Source of the DNA: Bispira polyomma | Lineage: Eukaryota | Length of the DNA: 64,000 nt | Direction of reading: 5' to 3' | NCBI GenBank assembly: GCA_965649765.1 | Contig: OZ287750.1 | Coordinates: 14,198,001-14,262,000, forward strand | Shown here: piece after piece, positions 51,158-64,000 of the stretch | Layout: each line of letters opens with the position of its first letter | Numbering within the stretch: the stretch's first letter is position 1 | The notes under the pieces: generated by a model | Told to the model about the DNA's origin: nothing | Databases searched by the model: none | Seen by the model: only the letters and a program-made list of their open reading frames with translations | Program-made: the position numbers and the translations under genes

Positions 51158-53633
51158 ATGATGAAGCAAGTAGAGAACCTCAAACGGCCAGGAATGTTCA
51201 CTATACCAGCAGTAAAAACCATCAGCGTAATACCTTTACCAAGCAAGGCATCGCTAGTAGATGACATAGACATCTATACAGCATACACATCTACAGATAT
51301 TTATAGAGCGCTGCGACCTTTCCTCATCAATCTTAGGCTCTTTGGACTTCATCATGTGAAGAAATACAATGTAATATCACCAGAAAACCATGGCAATAAG
51401 AAACCAACAAAAAGATTCTGGAAAGATATTACACTATCTCAGTGCTACTCATATCTGATAACTCTTCTGATTATATTAAACCATCTCAGATATTACTCAG
51501 CATTTAGCAGTGGTCCAAGTTTAAGCCTGGATTTTTTTTCTAAAATCCTATTTTGTGCATGGACTTTACTATGCGCAAACAATGCTATAGTCTGCTTAAA
51601 TGCATCACACAGCTATAAATGTTTGCCAGAGTTTTTCTTGGAATGGCAGAAATTCCATTCAAGTGGCAATTTTTGCCTGAAATTCTGTCGCAAAAATGCT
51701 TATGCCTATAGCATTGTATGCTGGATTTTAATCATCTGCAATGTGAGTTCTGGCATTTACATGTTGTGCCTCACAAATGTTTATGATACTTGGTTGACAC
51801 CTTTTGATAAGTCTTCTCCTCACATTAATGTATTGTACGCAGTAAATATCTTTGTTTTCTTTTACTTGAGTGCGACCTGGATATTTCCTATTGCATTGCA
51901 ATATATTACCTGCAAACTCCTTTACACAGAATTTAAGAGATTCAACACATGCTTCAGAAAACAGCAGATTAAGAACAACTATGAACTGTTTCCAGACTTT
52001 GAGAGTATGCGGCAAAAACATCAACGTCTTTGCAAACTTGTGGACCAAGCAGATGATTTTCTGGCTTTGTATCATGCTGGTGTGGTGGTGTTTATACTGA
52101 TATCAATGTGCATTAATATTTTCAGCATTATATGGCATACGGAAGTTAGAGAAAACCTTGTTATTCTATGTGTCCATCTCTTCTGGATTGTTAGTGCTTT
52201 TATTAAAATGGCATTTGTCTGTGTGGGAGGAGCATTAATAAACCATCAGGTAAGGATGTGAAAATTTAGTTTCTCTGGCATAGTTATCATGCTACACTTG
52301 AATCTATAATCAAGCTTTGTTTTACAATATACATTGATGTATTTGAAATGATAAAAATGACCAAATACAGAAATATTTCCTCAAATTAATTCCTCTAAGT
52401 AATTGTGTGATATATATAATTCCGCATTTAGTAATACAGCACATGGATAAGACTTAGTTTTGTAGAAATATATATCAACTCTGTTCTTAATGCTAACTAG
52501 AAACTACTTTGTTTGTATACATCTGACTTTGTTAATGTCTAGTGTGTTAAAATAATTCGAATTATTTATTATTGAAACAAGGTTTTAAAACATTCAAAGT
52601 TCTTTGCCAACAGATAATTCTTGTAGTCTAATCCTTCACTGTCAAATAATAAACAATACTAATTGTATTTTGTGGTCTCTTTCAACAGGCCCACCTCATA
52701 CATGATTGGTTACATGACTTTAACTTGGATCAAGTTTCTCCGGATCAATTTGCACAGGTAAACCATACTTATATGTTTGTAATCTTTTTTGAAAATATTA
52801 TTATTCATCAAACAACCACTACCAGTGAGGATCCAGCCATATCTTATAGCTTTTATTAAACACAATACCACTATATTAAACTGGTGGCATATCTGATTGT
52901 CTGATATTTTACAATTTACAAATATACATCGTTTGCATATTCTGATTAGTAGTAATTTTGCATCTTCAGCATCTTACCTGGTTTTTTTGGTAGATCACAA
53001 AAGCCTTTTAAAATAAATAAACTTTTTTATGAGGCAACCCTATGCATTCTAGACTTAATTGTGTTGAGTCGGAGGATATTTCTAGGCTTAATAATGACTC
53101 ACCGTTGTTCTTATTTAATCATTAAATATTTTGGGTGATCTTTTCACAGCTGCAGATGTTTCGGGCACGTGTTTCGTCTACTCAGATAGGACTAACTGCA
53201 ATGAAGATGTTTATTATTGACAAACCAACCATACTGACAGTAAGACTAAAGACCTTTTACATGTGAAAAACTGGTGTATTTTTATGTTAAATATATTGAA
53301 AGGTTTACCACTTAGATGTTCAGTTACACGTGTAGGTATAAATAAATACAAAAGAGATAAGGTATAACAAAAATTCTAAATTACACTTGCACCAAAACTT
53401 CAGAATGCAATCATATGGTATAAACACTTAAACTGCTTAAATATCATACTGTCCAAATGATCGACATATAATATATACAATTAGGTATATTATAATTTCA
53501 GATATTTGGTCTACTGATTACCTACTTTGTGATTATTGTGCAGTTTTCAACAGCAGTTCCCAGTACAGGTGTTTATGATTGTAACTGTACACAGGCCTTC
53601 TATAATGCAACATTGCAGTGTTTTACAGCATGA
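51158..53633 (+). CDS. Gustatory receptor-like (GRL/7TMIC) gene B3, ~460 aa; exons 51158-52249, 52689-52757, 53150-53239, 53502-53633
   Basis: Close paralog of B1/B2 with intact phase-0 GT-AG introns. Terminal exon IFGLLITYFVIIVQFSTAVPSTGVYDCNCTQAFYNATLQCFTA*. Confidence 0.92.
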
Positions 53634-55894
53634 CTTTTTCACTAATACATAACAGAGGTTCTCAAGTACAATCTGTTGGTGGTTGGCATTATTGGCCAGA
53701 CAAATAAATTATTCATACATTTGGTTGTATCCTAGACTGGTGTTCCAATAAGATGAGTCAAGATCAGCTAAAAATATAGCTCAGCTGATCCTTTGGAATT
53801 TAAATTTAGCTGGGTGTTATGTATCTTTCAACAGCTTAGGTCTTATCATGGCGGTCAGATTCAAAGGAGGAAGATACCACCAACCTACAGAAAGTACCTG
53901 GCAAACTTTCGGACACAAAAGAATAAATGGGATTTGTAGTCATAAGGCTAATCCAGAATTTAAGTCATAAGTATAACAAACAATTAGCTTAATTGTTTAG
54001 GAATACCAGCTTGAGCTTATCCGGAAATTTGAGCCACTGATCACATTTCTGACTCAACTTAAGTTGGTTTTTAATTTAACCCTTTTGTGGATACAAACCC
54101 CTCTGGGATAGATAAGGTTCTTCTCGTATCTGAGAAAAAAAGAGATCGGCTGATGCTTTTGATCAAATTGATATCCACAAGACAAGTCACAGGTAGTCCA
54201 GAATTTGATCCAGCTGGACCAGGTTTGACTAAAGTTTCAGAACTCAAAAAACTTAAATTACAAAGCATTTTTAGTTGCTGACTTTGAATAGTTTTTAAGT
54301 TAACTTAGATGTAGTTAAATATAGCTAGCAGCTTACTATTGTTACCTTTTTAAAAATATGTTTTGACGAAAATGCTCATACATGTAACATGTATATCATA
54401 TTTACAGTAACCATAGTAATACTTAAGTGTTCATAGCTAAATATTGTATATCACTGCACTTAGGCCCAATTCCCACATATATTCAAGCTCAAACTCAACT
54501 CCACTGTAGGCCCTCGGAGGTTTTTGTACATGGAAATAACCATTCATTTTAATAGAGATTTCTGTGCTAAATTGAAAAATGCAGCCACCTTTTACTTAAT
54601 ATAACTCTTTAAGTCAAAGAAACGGGAACCACAGCTTTGAGTCTTAGTCAAACTTAGTATTGTTTGATAATGCATTCACTGTACTGCAATTCCTTAAAGG
54701 AAATAAGAACAACTCACCTGTCAATCACACCATCATACTTTCTCCCGACCAGACAACCGGGAGGGATCCGGATATCTATCTGGACCACTGCAAAACCTCT
54801 TCCCTTAAGCACATTCACATTTCTTGCACATCTTGCAGCTATGGGTTTCAGGGGTCACATAGGCACAGCTCTTGTCCCTGATCTCAGGACAAGGCTACAC
54901 ATAGCGACATTCACCTTGGTCCAACAACCTTTGACCCGATACTTCCAGATCTGCTCACGACATTTGTAGGGATCACCCTGGAAGATTTCATGATTCTTCT
55001 ACATTTCACACAACTACAAGATGAAGATTGTATAGTGGGGCCTCGTATTCTCAAAAGACACTCAAGTTCAAACTCAAGACTCAACTTAAATGAGGGCTAT
55101 ATGGAAGTTTATTAATGTGAAATTAACCTTGACTTCTGACCATTCATTTTATTGGAGCTATTTCAAATATGCATTCCGAATTTATTTAACTTCACTCTAC
55201 CCAGAAATAGGGAGATCTGGGATTTAAGTTTGATTCTGAGTTGAGCTTTAGATTTTTAAGAGAATACAGTTACAGAAGCTCTATTATCTGACTTTCTCCT
55301 ATCAATTAATTATACAGAACAATTATAGAATTCGCTGGATAGGACACACACATATTCGATTTTGGCTTATCAATATGAATTGTTTAGACAAAATTAATTT
55401 TCATGAAGAAATACTTAATATGATAGAATTAGGGTTGAGTTCCCATATTTACTATCTCAGCATTACGGTTTAGTGTTATCCTTAAGATTTAAATTTTTAT
55501 TTCTAAACAATGTACATGCATACTTAAAACTAAAATCCAACATGACTGTGCTCTGTCGAGTAAATTCTAGAATCGTCCCCCACAAATGAAACCCTAGATG
55601 GTCTAACCTGTTACAGTAACAAATAAGCCAGACAAAAGGTCCCGTTATTGGATCGCAGGTATTGGCTGGGTAGGTGTCGGGACAGGGATAGAAGATATAC
55701 ATCTCCCTACTTGGTCACATCCTCCAGCATAAGGTCAGATAACTTATCAAAGCTTTTGGAGACTTCTCAAAAAATACAAAATATTGTCTATGTAGGAGTG
55801 CACTTTCCTCTGAGAGAGCCATATTCAGCATGCTGTCAGCATGAACTAATAAGCCAAGACTCACCAATGCAGTGGAGGAGCTCCAAATTCAAAT

Positions 55895-56420
55895 TCAAGC
55901 TCCAAATTCAATCCATCTCTCAAGGTAATTGGCTAGCCTATCAACAAACTGGGTTGGTGTCTCACCTATTTCTATTCTGGACATCCTAAACTTTGCTCTA
56001 AAGCCCTCCTCAGTTAGCTCATATCTTTTGAGAAGTGCTTTTTTTAGTTTATCAAAGCTGTCACTGTCATCTTTCCCTAGCCTACGATAAACTTCTAATG
56101 CTGTTCCTGAAAGTAGTGCACTACGACTCATTGCCCAATCTTCAGGTTTTAAACTTGGAACTGCAGCATACTTCTAAAAACGAAATAGAAAGGAATCCAT
56201 ATCGTCCTTATTTTTTAAAAAAAAGGGAAAGTTTAGGGAAGCTGGCTCTTTACCTGGTCTAACCTGGGAAGTAGAATTAAGTCTAGCTATCTGCAACTCT
56301 GCATCCTTAAGTACTTTCTCCTATTCCCTTCTATCTAATCTTTCCGCCCTCTTCCTATCTTGCTGTTCTAACACGAACATTTGTAAGGACTTCCTTTCTA
56401 AACCCATCTGTTTACCTACT
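55895..56420 (-). pseudogene. Gypsy gag remnant (Gmr1/SCAN-related type)
   Basis: SALLSGTALEVY...LKKALLKRYELTEEGFRAKFR...GETPTQFVDRLANYLERW, with upstream LPKL...DDMDSFL. Confidence 0.75.
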
Positions 56421-56940
56421 TTTCTATTTTTTAACCTTTTCACAAATAAAGGAGACAGACCAAGCTACCTGAATTACAAACTACCCAACAGACCACATTT
56501 ACAGAATTTACAACTATTAGTTACTACTATAGTTCAGTAAACTAACCTTGTCTACACATTGGCTTTTCCAACCAATACCCTTTACAACACAGATTGCACT
56601 GGTTTACTAACCAGTACAGTGATAAACCCTTGATATCACAAATTACCCTGAAGTCTAACATCTTAGTACCACCAGCTCATTTACCCTTACTCGAGATGGT
56701 AAACCAGATGTATACTAAATAATACTACTTCAGTTTCCGTGGGAATCACACAGAAATGCAACACGCCCTACTACATACCAAAGACTCAAAGCGAACTTTA
56801 GAACTACCCTGCCTTTAGGCTTTAATTTTTAAACATTAGTCTGTACGATAGTATCTATAAAAATAAAAAAAACATAACAAAGGAAGAGCCACATATTATT
56901 TCTTCTAAAATAAGTTAATCAAATAAACTATGTACAAATA

Positions 56941-56958
56941 ATTCTGGTCATGGCACCA
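56941..56958 (-). promoter_or_regulatory. Primer binding site (tRNA-His-like) of the Gypsy remnant; LTR begins at 56961
   Basis: Minus strand TGGTGCCATGACCAGAAT lies 2 nt from a CA LTR end and upstream of the gag remnant. Confidence 0.65.
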
Positions 56959-57876
56959 AATGATACTCTTTGATTGTATAGTGGTTTGAAGATAGTGAGA
57001 TACTAAAAGTAAACTTTACTAAGCTTATTGCTATTTATTCAAAATTACAATGGTAAAACAATTTAACATGTGGCTCACATAATGTGTGTTCAATCTTAAA
57101 CTTCAACTCTCTTTGCACCATAGGTTCAAAATTAGATTATTACCAAATTATTCTCACCAAGGATACACTTTTAATAGTTTTACAATACCATAGTTCACAA
57201 AGTTCCTGACTATCGTTCTCCTGATGAAATATCTGTCAAGCTGTTAGCTGTATTACAGTAATATGTTGTTCTCAGTTCATAGTTCAACTAAAGATCTTAT
57301 GCAGTCATAACTCACAGTCCCAGTGAAGAATTGTGCGGAGTCCACATAACATGCTGAATCTTGCCTAAATCACCATACATGGTTGCTCTGTGTGACCAAC
57401 AAGACAAATGATACCACCAGACTTAATGATTCAGCCATAAAGGGCACACTGCCACCACCAGTGTTTGAAAAGTAAAGAATTAAGTGTCCTTACTATACTA
57501 TTCATACAAGTGTATCCTTGTTCATGAAATATACACAATATTCACTATCATTCTACATGTTTACCATTGAACGTTGCACATAATAGTTTGTAATTTTACA
57601 TGTCACCTATATGCATAAATTATATATAACTCTAAAGTGCTTTCAGTATTCTATCATAAAAGTATGAACCCCTCACTAATCACACCTTTAATAAGTGACA
57701 TACATACATACATAGGCTGTTCTAATACCATAAACTTTTAGTTACTACATATTTGAAGTAACTCATTACATATACATACTACCACAATGAAATATTCATA
57801 AAGTAAATTATAATAAAGTAAATTAATTTTACTTACAAACACTCCTGTAGTATAACGGTGATATTTCTTTTACCGG

Positions 57877-59400
57877 TAGAAGCGTTTATCAAATGATGAT
57901 CCTAATTTAGGCATATTTTGGACTTTGAACCTCTATAACTCCACCAGTTTTCAACATTTTTTAAATGTTAGTGGCTCAACTAATAGGTATAGCATTTATT
58001 TATGATTCCACCAAATATTATGGCCATTATATGTATAGAAATATTTAATATGTTTATTTTTCCTTCTGTGATTGGGCTAAACCCAGCAATCAAACTATGA
58101 TCCTATTTGTGGCCAAGTGACAGTGTGAACTTTTCACTGCTTGCATTTTATATGTTATGCCAAATATGGGACAATATTGCCAATTCAGTATTATATATAT
58201 ACAGAAAGGGGAGGGAAGAAATACAAAAATGGAAAAAACATGTACTCTAAATAATTCTACTATTGATGTATACATAGCATATTGTATACAATGGCAGATT
58301 TATTTTTGTCATTGTAAATTTTGTAGCCCAACTTACAATTTGGCCAACCTTAAGATGAGCTATAGCCCTACTTAGGATTATAAGTTTGCCAGCCTATCTT
58401 AAGATGGACCACCAGCCCATCTTACTTGCTAATCTTAAGATTGGCCAGGAAAACTAGCAATACTTGAGATTGGATTAAAATTTAAAACTAGCCCAACTTA
58501 AGATTTAATATGCAAGCCGTTCTGTCCCTTTTCGTGAGTCCGTCAACATATCAGCAAGGAATCTCGCTAAATAGGGACAGATTATTCGATCTATACCTTA
58601 TGGTAAAGTCCAATAAAGAAATTGAATTGTAATTGCTAATTGTAATTATGACTTTGTGCTGTCTATATAAATCAAACCCTACAGTATTATACCCTACAAG
58701 TCAAGATGGCTACTTGTAAAGTTAAAAACTATTTTATGTTCCTGCGTATTATGTTCCAATCTCAAGTTGGGCTAGTTTTCAATGTTAATCCAATCTTAAG
58801 TATTGCTAGTTTTCCTGGCCAATCTTAAGATTAGCAAGTAAGGTCTGGTGGGCTGGTGGTCCATCTTAAGATAGGCTGGCAAACTTATAATCCTAAGTTG
58901 GGCTATAGCTCATCTTAAGGTTGGCCAAATTGTAAGTTGGGCTACAAAATTTACAATGACAAAAATAAATCTGCCATTGTATACAATATGCTATGTATAC
59001 ATCATTCTAGAATTATTTAGAATACATGTTTTTTCCATTTTTGTCTTTCTTCCCTCCCCTTTCTGTACATACAATATTATATATAATACTGAATTGGCAA
59101 TATTGTCCCATATTTGGCATAACATATAAAATGCAAACAGTGAAAAGTTCACACTGTCACTTGGCCACAAATAGGATCATAGTTTGATCGCTGGGTTTAG
59201 CCCAATCACAGAAGGAAAAATAAACATATTAAATATTTCTATACATATAATGGCCATAATATTTGGTGGAATCATAAATAAATGCTATACCTATTAGTTG
59301 AGCCACTAACATTTAAAAAATGTTGAAAACTGGTGGAGTTATAGAGGTTCAAAGTCCAAAATATGCCTAAATTAGGATTATCATTTGGTAAACGCTTCTA
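57877..59400. mobile_element. Foldback / long-TIR non-autonomous DNA element
   Basis: Arms 57877-58505 and 58758-59400 are near-perfect inverted copies around a 252-bp spacer. TA at both outer ends. Inner arms carry CCCAACTTAAGATT-like subrepeats. Confidence 0.9.
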
Positions 59401-60289
59401 TTACTACCACACTGGCTGCTAAAACTCCACTGATTTTAAAATAAACTATATACCTGTGTCAAAACCGCTCAACAGAATACCAAGACTATGTTGTATTAAA
59501 GTTTCTGAACAGAGCATAGCTTAAGCTCAATGTACACTGTGTAGAATCATTTCCGAGTGATAAACAACAATGTTTAATATATACTACTAAATTCTAAATT
59601 ACATGTAATAGTAACCCTCATAATTAGGTACAACTGATAAATAACATGTTTAAAAATCATAACTACTCCTCAACAACATATTACCAATAATGCATAGTGC
59701 ATCAGCGTATGTGTGATTGGAACCTAAAATTTTATAACTGACAGTTCTCTGACAATATTGTACCCAATACATATCAGCTGATACACCTTAAGTTTGTACA
59801 CCAAATATGACATTTTAAACACACATAAACTAAATAAACTACATAAGAATATCCACATACAGAATACCTTATGTCCTGGTCACACCTATACGTTCTAAAG
59901 CTACGTTTGTATCACCTTGTGTTAATTTGAGAAACGTTTTGAAACTTAGTAGGAAGAGAGGATCCCTGGTGTGTTCATTCCGAGATGTTGATTAACAGAT
60001 GGTATCTTTCCGGAAACATCTCTATTTCATCTTTTGCGTGTAGTGTTTCAAACTGTTTGAAATACTACAGTCACAGCTCCTATTTCCTTCCGTTTCTCTG
60101 TTCATCCCTGAACGTTTCTGAAATTAGCATAGTCGTATCAGTAAGTAGCTATATGTAGTAGTAGGTAGCGAGGAAGTCCCAGTAAGTAGTAAGATCGTCT
60201 CCGTCAGTCGAGAAAGTTTCACTAAGTAGCAGAAGGCAGCAAAACGCAGCCGTAAGTAGCAGTACATTAACTCTACGTAGTAATATGTA

Positions 60290-63200
60290 GTGATATCCTA
60301 CCAGTGGAGGGTCCATTTTTTATGCCCTCTTCGTGTGTACAAGTACCAACATCGTCACAGAGCGTCATGAAACGTCACAATCGACTGCATCTTTATGGAA
60401 ATGACATCACTTTAATACAAAACTGCCGCGCTTTCCGTGTATATTGTTTAGGTATGTTGGGCGATGTTAGCATGCGTAGGTGTGACCAGGCCATAACCAG
60501 TAACAAAACATGTAACTCAAATTTTAACACACCCTACGTATCTTACACTACTACAATGGTATATGGACTTTGTATGAATTTTCTGTCTAAACTGTGATGT
60601 TGAAAGTAGTTTATTCATTTGTCCATGTATCATACAATTTACATTTATTAAATTATAGCTTGTATTGTACAACCAATAAAATGTTAACACACACTGATGC
60701 CTGCTGATAATACTATTTTGTTAGACTATCTGGTATTAGACAATATGTGCCTTACAGGATAACTGCATCTATTTCGGCTCCATATAAATACTTCACAATT
60801 TAAGCTGGAAGATGAATTTCACTAATTAACAATATTTAAGAAATTCACTTTTCTTAATTTTCACTTTTGGCCAATTTTTAGTTAAAAGATTAAATTTAAA
60901 TTTGAGATTTAATTTTCAATTTTGTCTAAGCTCAATCGCTAAAATAGCTAAAAAGTTAAAATAATTACTTATACCGTAAGGTAAATCAAAATGAAATATA
61001 CTCAGTACAAGTAACCAACCTTTATCTATCTATCTATCTCCTTTCCTCAGGTATTTGCATAGACAATTGTGTGACTGAGGGATCTCACAAATGGAGTTAA
61101 TTTGCCTGTAAGAAGGGCAAGCCTAAACGTTGTAGCAAAGAAGGTTGTCCCAATATGTATTTAAAGCCTAGTGAGATTAAGATGGAGGTCAGTGGCTGCT
61201 GGAGGATGTGTCCAAGTAGGGAGATGTGTATCTTTTTCTATTTTAGTCCTGACACCTACTCAGCCAATACCTACAAACCAATTGCGGGACCTTTTGTCTG
61301 GCCTACTTCTTACTGTAACAGGTTAGACCACCTTGGGTTTCATTTGTGGAACGATTCTAGAATTTACTGGACAGAGCACAATCATGTTGGATTTCAGTTT
61401 TCCTTTTGCAAAACAAAGTGTCACCCGACTATTGTCCGACCCAAGTCAGACCCCAGCAATACCATCCCCCACAAAGGCAAAACTAGTGGGGGGGGGGAAC
61501 AGGTTAGACCACCTTGAGTTTCATTGTGGGAGTATTTTAGAATTTACTGGACAGAGCACAGTCATGTTGGATTTCAGTTTTCCTTTTGCCAAACAAAGTG
61601 TCACCCAACTTTTGTCCGACCCGGGTCAGACCCCAGCAATACCACCCCTCACAAAGGCAAAACTAGTGGGGGGAAGCATTGTTAGGGGCGAGGCTGGGTT
61701 CAGTTATGGTATGGGTACAAAGGCTCAGAGAAATTTGGATGACACTGAAAATCAATTAAAGTTATACAACAGGTTACAAGCTTTAGCCTTGCCAGACTTA
61801 ATCCATACTATGGTTAGTAATGACGTGAATCAGACAGTGCAAAGGGGTACTGAGTGGCGACCAAACACGCTTCGATACAGTGGGTACTAAAATTACTAAG
61901 AAGCTTGTCAATAAATGCCAGGCCAGTAGTGTTGAAACAAAAAGTTTCAGCACTGACGACAGTCTGGGTAATGATAAGTATGCCTTGGAACTTAAACAGA
62001 AGGTCAACAATAAAGAATTGCTAAGTAAAGCGTGAAATAACACAACTCACTGTGAATGGCATCACCAGAACAAGGTTGAGTATGGTTTCATTCCATTATC
62101 TGACTTAGCGTGTAGGCTTTGGGACAGTAAGGCCTCGAATTACAGCTCTGACATTGTGCAAATGCACCATAATTGAGAAAAAATGGGGGGCAACATTTTA
62201 AAGGTTTACAGATTCCAGTAGAATCACAATTAAATCCTGAAAAATGGTCTCAATATTTAGAATCCTACTAGGATTGGCAACTTCCCTTTCTGGTGAAGTA
62301 CGGTTTTTCCCTTAGCTGTGAATCGAGAGAATATTGGCCAGTAATTGGATGGCAGTAATCATAAGTCAGCTACTGAATTTTCAAACGACAGGGATACATA
62401 CTTGAGTGAGGAATGTAAGCATGGCACCATCTTGGGGCCGTTTAATAGTCCACCTATAGAAAATATGCACTTTTCTCCCATGATGACTCGTAATAAATCA
62501 AGTTCTAGTAACAGGCTGGTTATTGTCAATCTGAGTTGGCCAGTTGGGCAGTCAGTCAATTCTGGGGCTTCATCCACTAAATACCTTGGTTCGGATTTCT
62601 TATTCTTATACCCGTCTGTTCACAATCTAACTAGTGAGGTCTCCAAATTTGGCAGAGGCTGCCATATATTTAAGGTTGACATAAGCCGCGCATTTAGGCA
62701 TGTGCCTATTGATCTGGACAGATGCCTCCCCTTCGGTTATCAGAACGGATCAACTATTTTTCAGCGAATTTCTGATGTCGTGAGATATATAATGGCCCAG
62801 GAAGGCTTCCATATATACGCGTACATTGACAACTATCTATGTGTGGCGTTACCTAGTAAAATAACCAAAATTTATGACAGATTACAGGCTCTCCTAGCCG
62901 GAACGGTTAGCCCCAAGAAACTCGTTTCCCCTAGTACTGAGGTAATATGCCTAGGGATTTTAATAAATACAGTGGATTTTACCATTTCCATTTCTTTGGA
63001 GAAAATCGGGGAAATTATAGCATTATGTCAAATGTGGGAGGGGAAGCAAACTTGCACCAAGAGAGAACTACAATCACTGCTTGGGTCCCTCTTATAAGTA
63101 TCCAAATGTATAAGATATGCTCGCGTATATCTAAACAGAATGTTGGCATTGCTAAGAGATAATCATATTAAGAAAAGGTTTTCAGTAACAGTTGAATTCA

Positions 63201-64000
63201 AGGGACCTCCACTGGCTTACAACACCTTCATGCAACAATTCAATGATACCAGTTTCTTTGCCCATAAGCCCATAGACGCTCAGATAGAGCTTGATGCATG
63301 TCTTACTGGGAGGTGAAGATATCTGCTGGTCAAGTTTATAAGTTGGCTGTGCCTGATTGCATAACATTGCCTCTTTGGAAATGAATAATATCCTGGTCGC
63401 TCTGAAACTCTGGGCTTAGATGTGGCAAGGCAAAAGAGTCTTTTTTTAAATGTGACTATGGGGGTCAAAAATAAAGTGGCTGATTTGCTTTCTAAGTGGG
63501 ATAAAACGAAGAATAATTCTTCATTGTTGCATGATTGGGTGGGACCTGTCAGATGGTTGCCCACTGATTTAACCCTTCTTGACGTGGATAACAGTATTTA
63601 ATTGGTGTACTTTACCTTTGTATTTCAGGTGCTAATCCATTTGAAACCCTCCACACTAGTATGGCTTGTCGAAGAATGCACACTGCTCTGGCTTCTTCAA
63701 CCACTTCTGCTTACAACAGCATGTTCAGGTTGTTTCTGGTCTTTAGTATTTTCATGAACTGGATAGAGTCTCAGGTGAATGTCTTTCAGTTGTTATCTTA
63801 CTTAGGATTTCTAAGCTTCAACAGTGTGTCTCCTTCTCAAATTGCCAATCATTTATCTGCCATTGAAGCAAAATGTACATTGTTTCACATTAGAGTGGAC
63901 ATTTTCTTAGATCTAAGGGTCTCGTACTATACCAGGGCGCTACTAGTCAAGAGACCCCTCCAGGTTAAATTAAAGAGTGTATTTGATATAACACTCATGT
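60290..64000 (+). mobile_element. Tyrosine-recombinase retrotransposon copy 3 (runs off the window)
   Basis: DKYALELK / YGFIPLSDL pre-RT segment. RT with KVDISRAFRH, CLPFG, YIDN. RNase H IELDAC...NKVADLLSKW. Open YR N-terminus from 63629 (GANPFETL...YNSMFRLF...IANHLSAI). gag not recognisable; left boundary uncertain. Confidence 0.85.
61197..61675 (+). repeat. Dispersed repeat with a ~180-bp tandem duplication; inverted copy at ~55530-55730
   Basis: AACAGGTTAGACCACCTTG...AAAACTAGTGGGGGG occurs twice. Reverse-complement homology to 55530-55730. Confidence 0.8.

Noticed and set aside
54660-54969. GC-richer stretch with short overlapping ORFs
   Set aside because: No recognisable motif in any frame. 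Probably a TE fragment but cannot be supported.

Overview
AT-rich eukaryotic (animal, probably marine invertebrate/lophotrochozoan; the taxon cannot be determined from sequence alone) genomic DNA. It holds a tandem cluster of four apparently intact gustatory-receptor-like (GRL / 7TM ion channel) genes on the + strand plus one pseudogenic remnant. Each gene has a ~1.09 kb first coding exon followed by 69-, 90- and 132/141-nt exons joined by three phase-0 GT-AG introns, and ends in the TYhhhhhQF signature followed by a Cys/N-glycan-sequon-rich tail. The cluster arose by segmental tandem duplication. Between the genes lie three divergent, decayed tyrosine-recombinase (DIRS/Ngaro-type) retrotransposons, one near-complete Ty3/Gypsy LTR element (TSD CTCT) with an extra zinc-finger-like ORF, a Gmr1/SCAN-like Gypsy gag remnant, tRNA-derived SINEs with TSDs, LINE 3' fragments, a 59-bp minisatellite and a 1.5-kb foldback element. 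The most striking unexplained signal is in the YR retroelements. They conserve (i) a phase-1 splice donor inside gag and a phase-1 acceptor just before the recombinase, which would give an in-frame Gag-YR fusion, (ii) a slippery heptamer plus hairpin at the gag stop, suggesting a -1 frameshift into RT/RNase H, and (iii) an array of 13-bp TAAGGTCACCTTA palindromes in the 3' region. Coordinates and alignments were done by eye; no searches were run.
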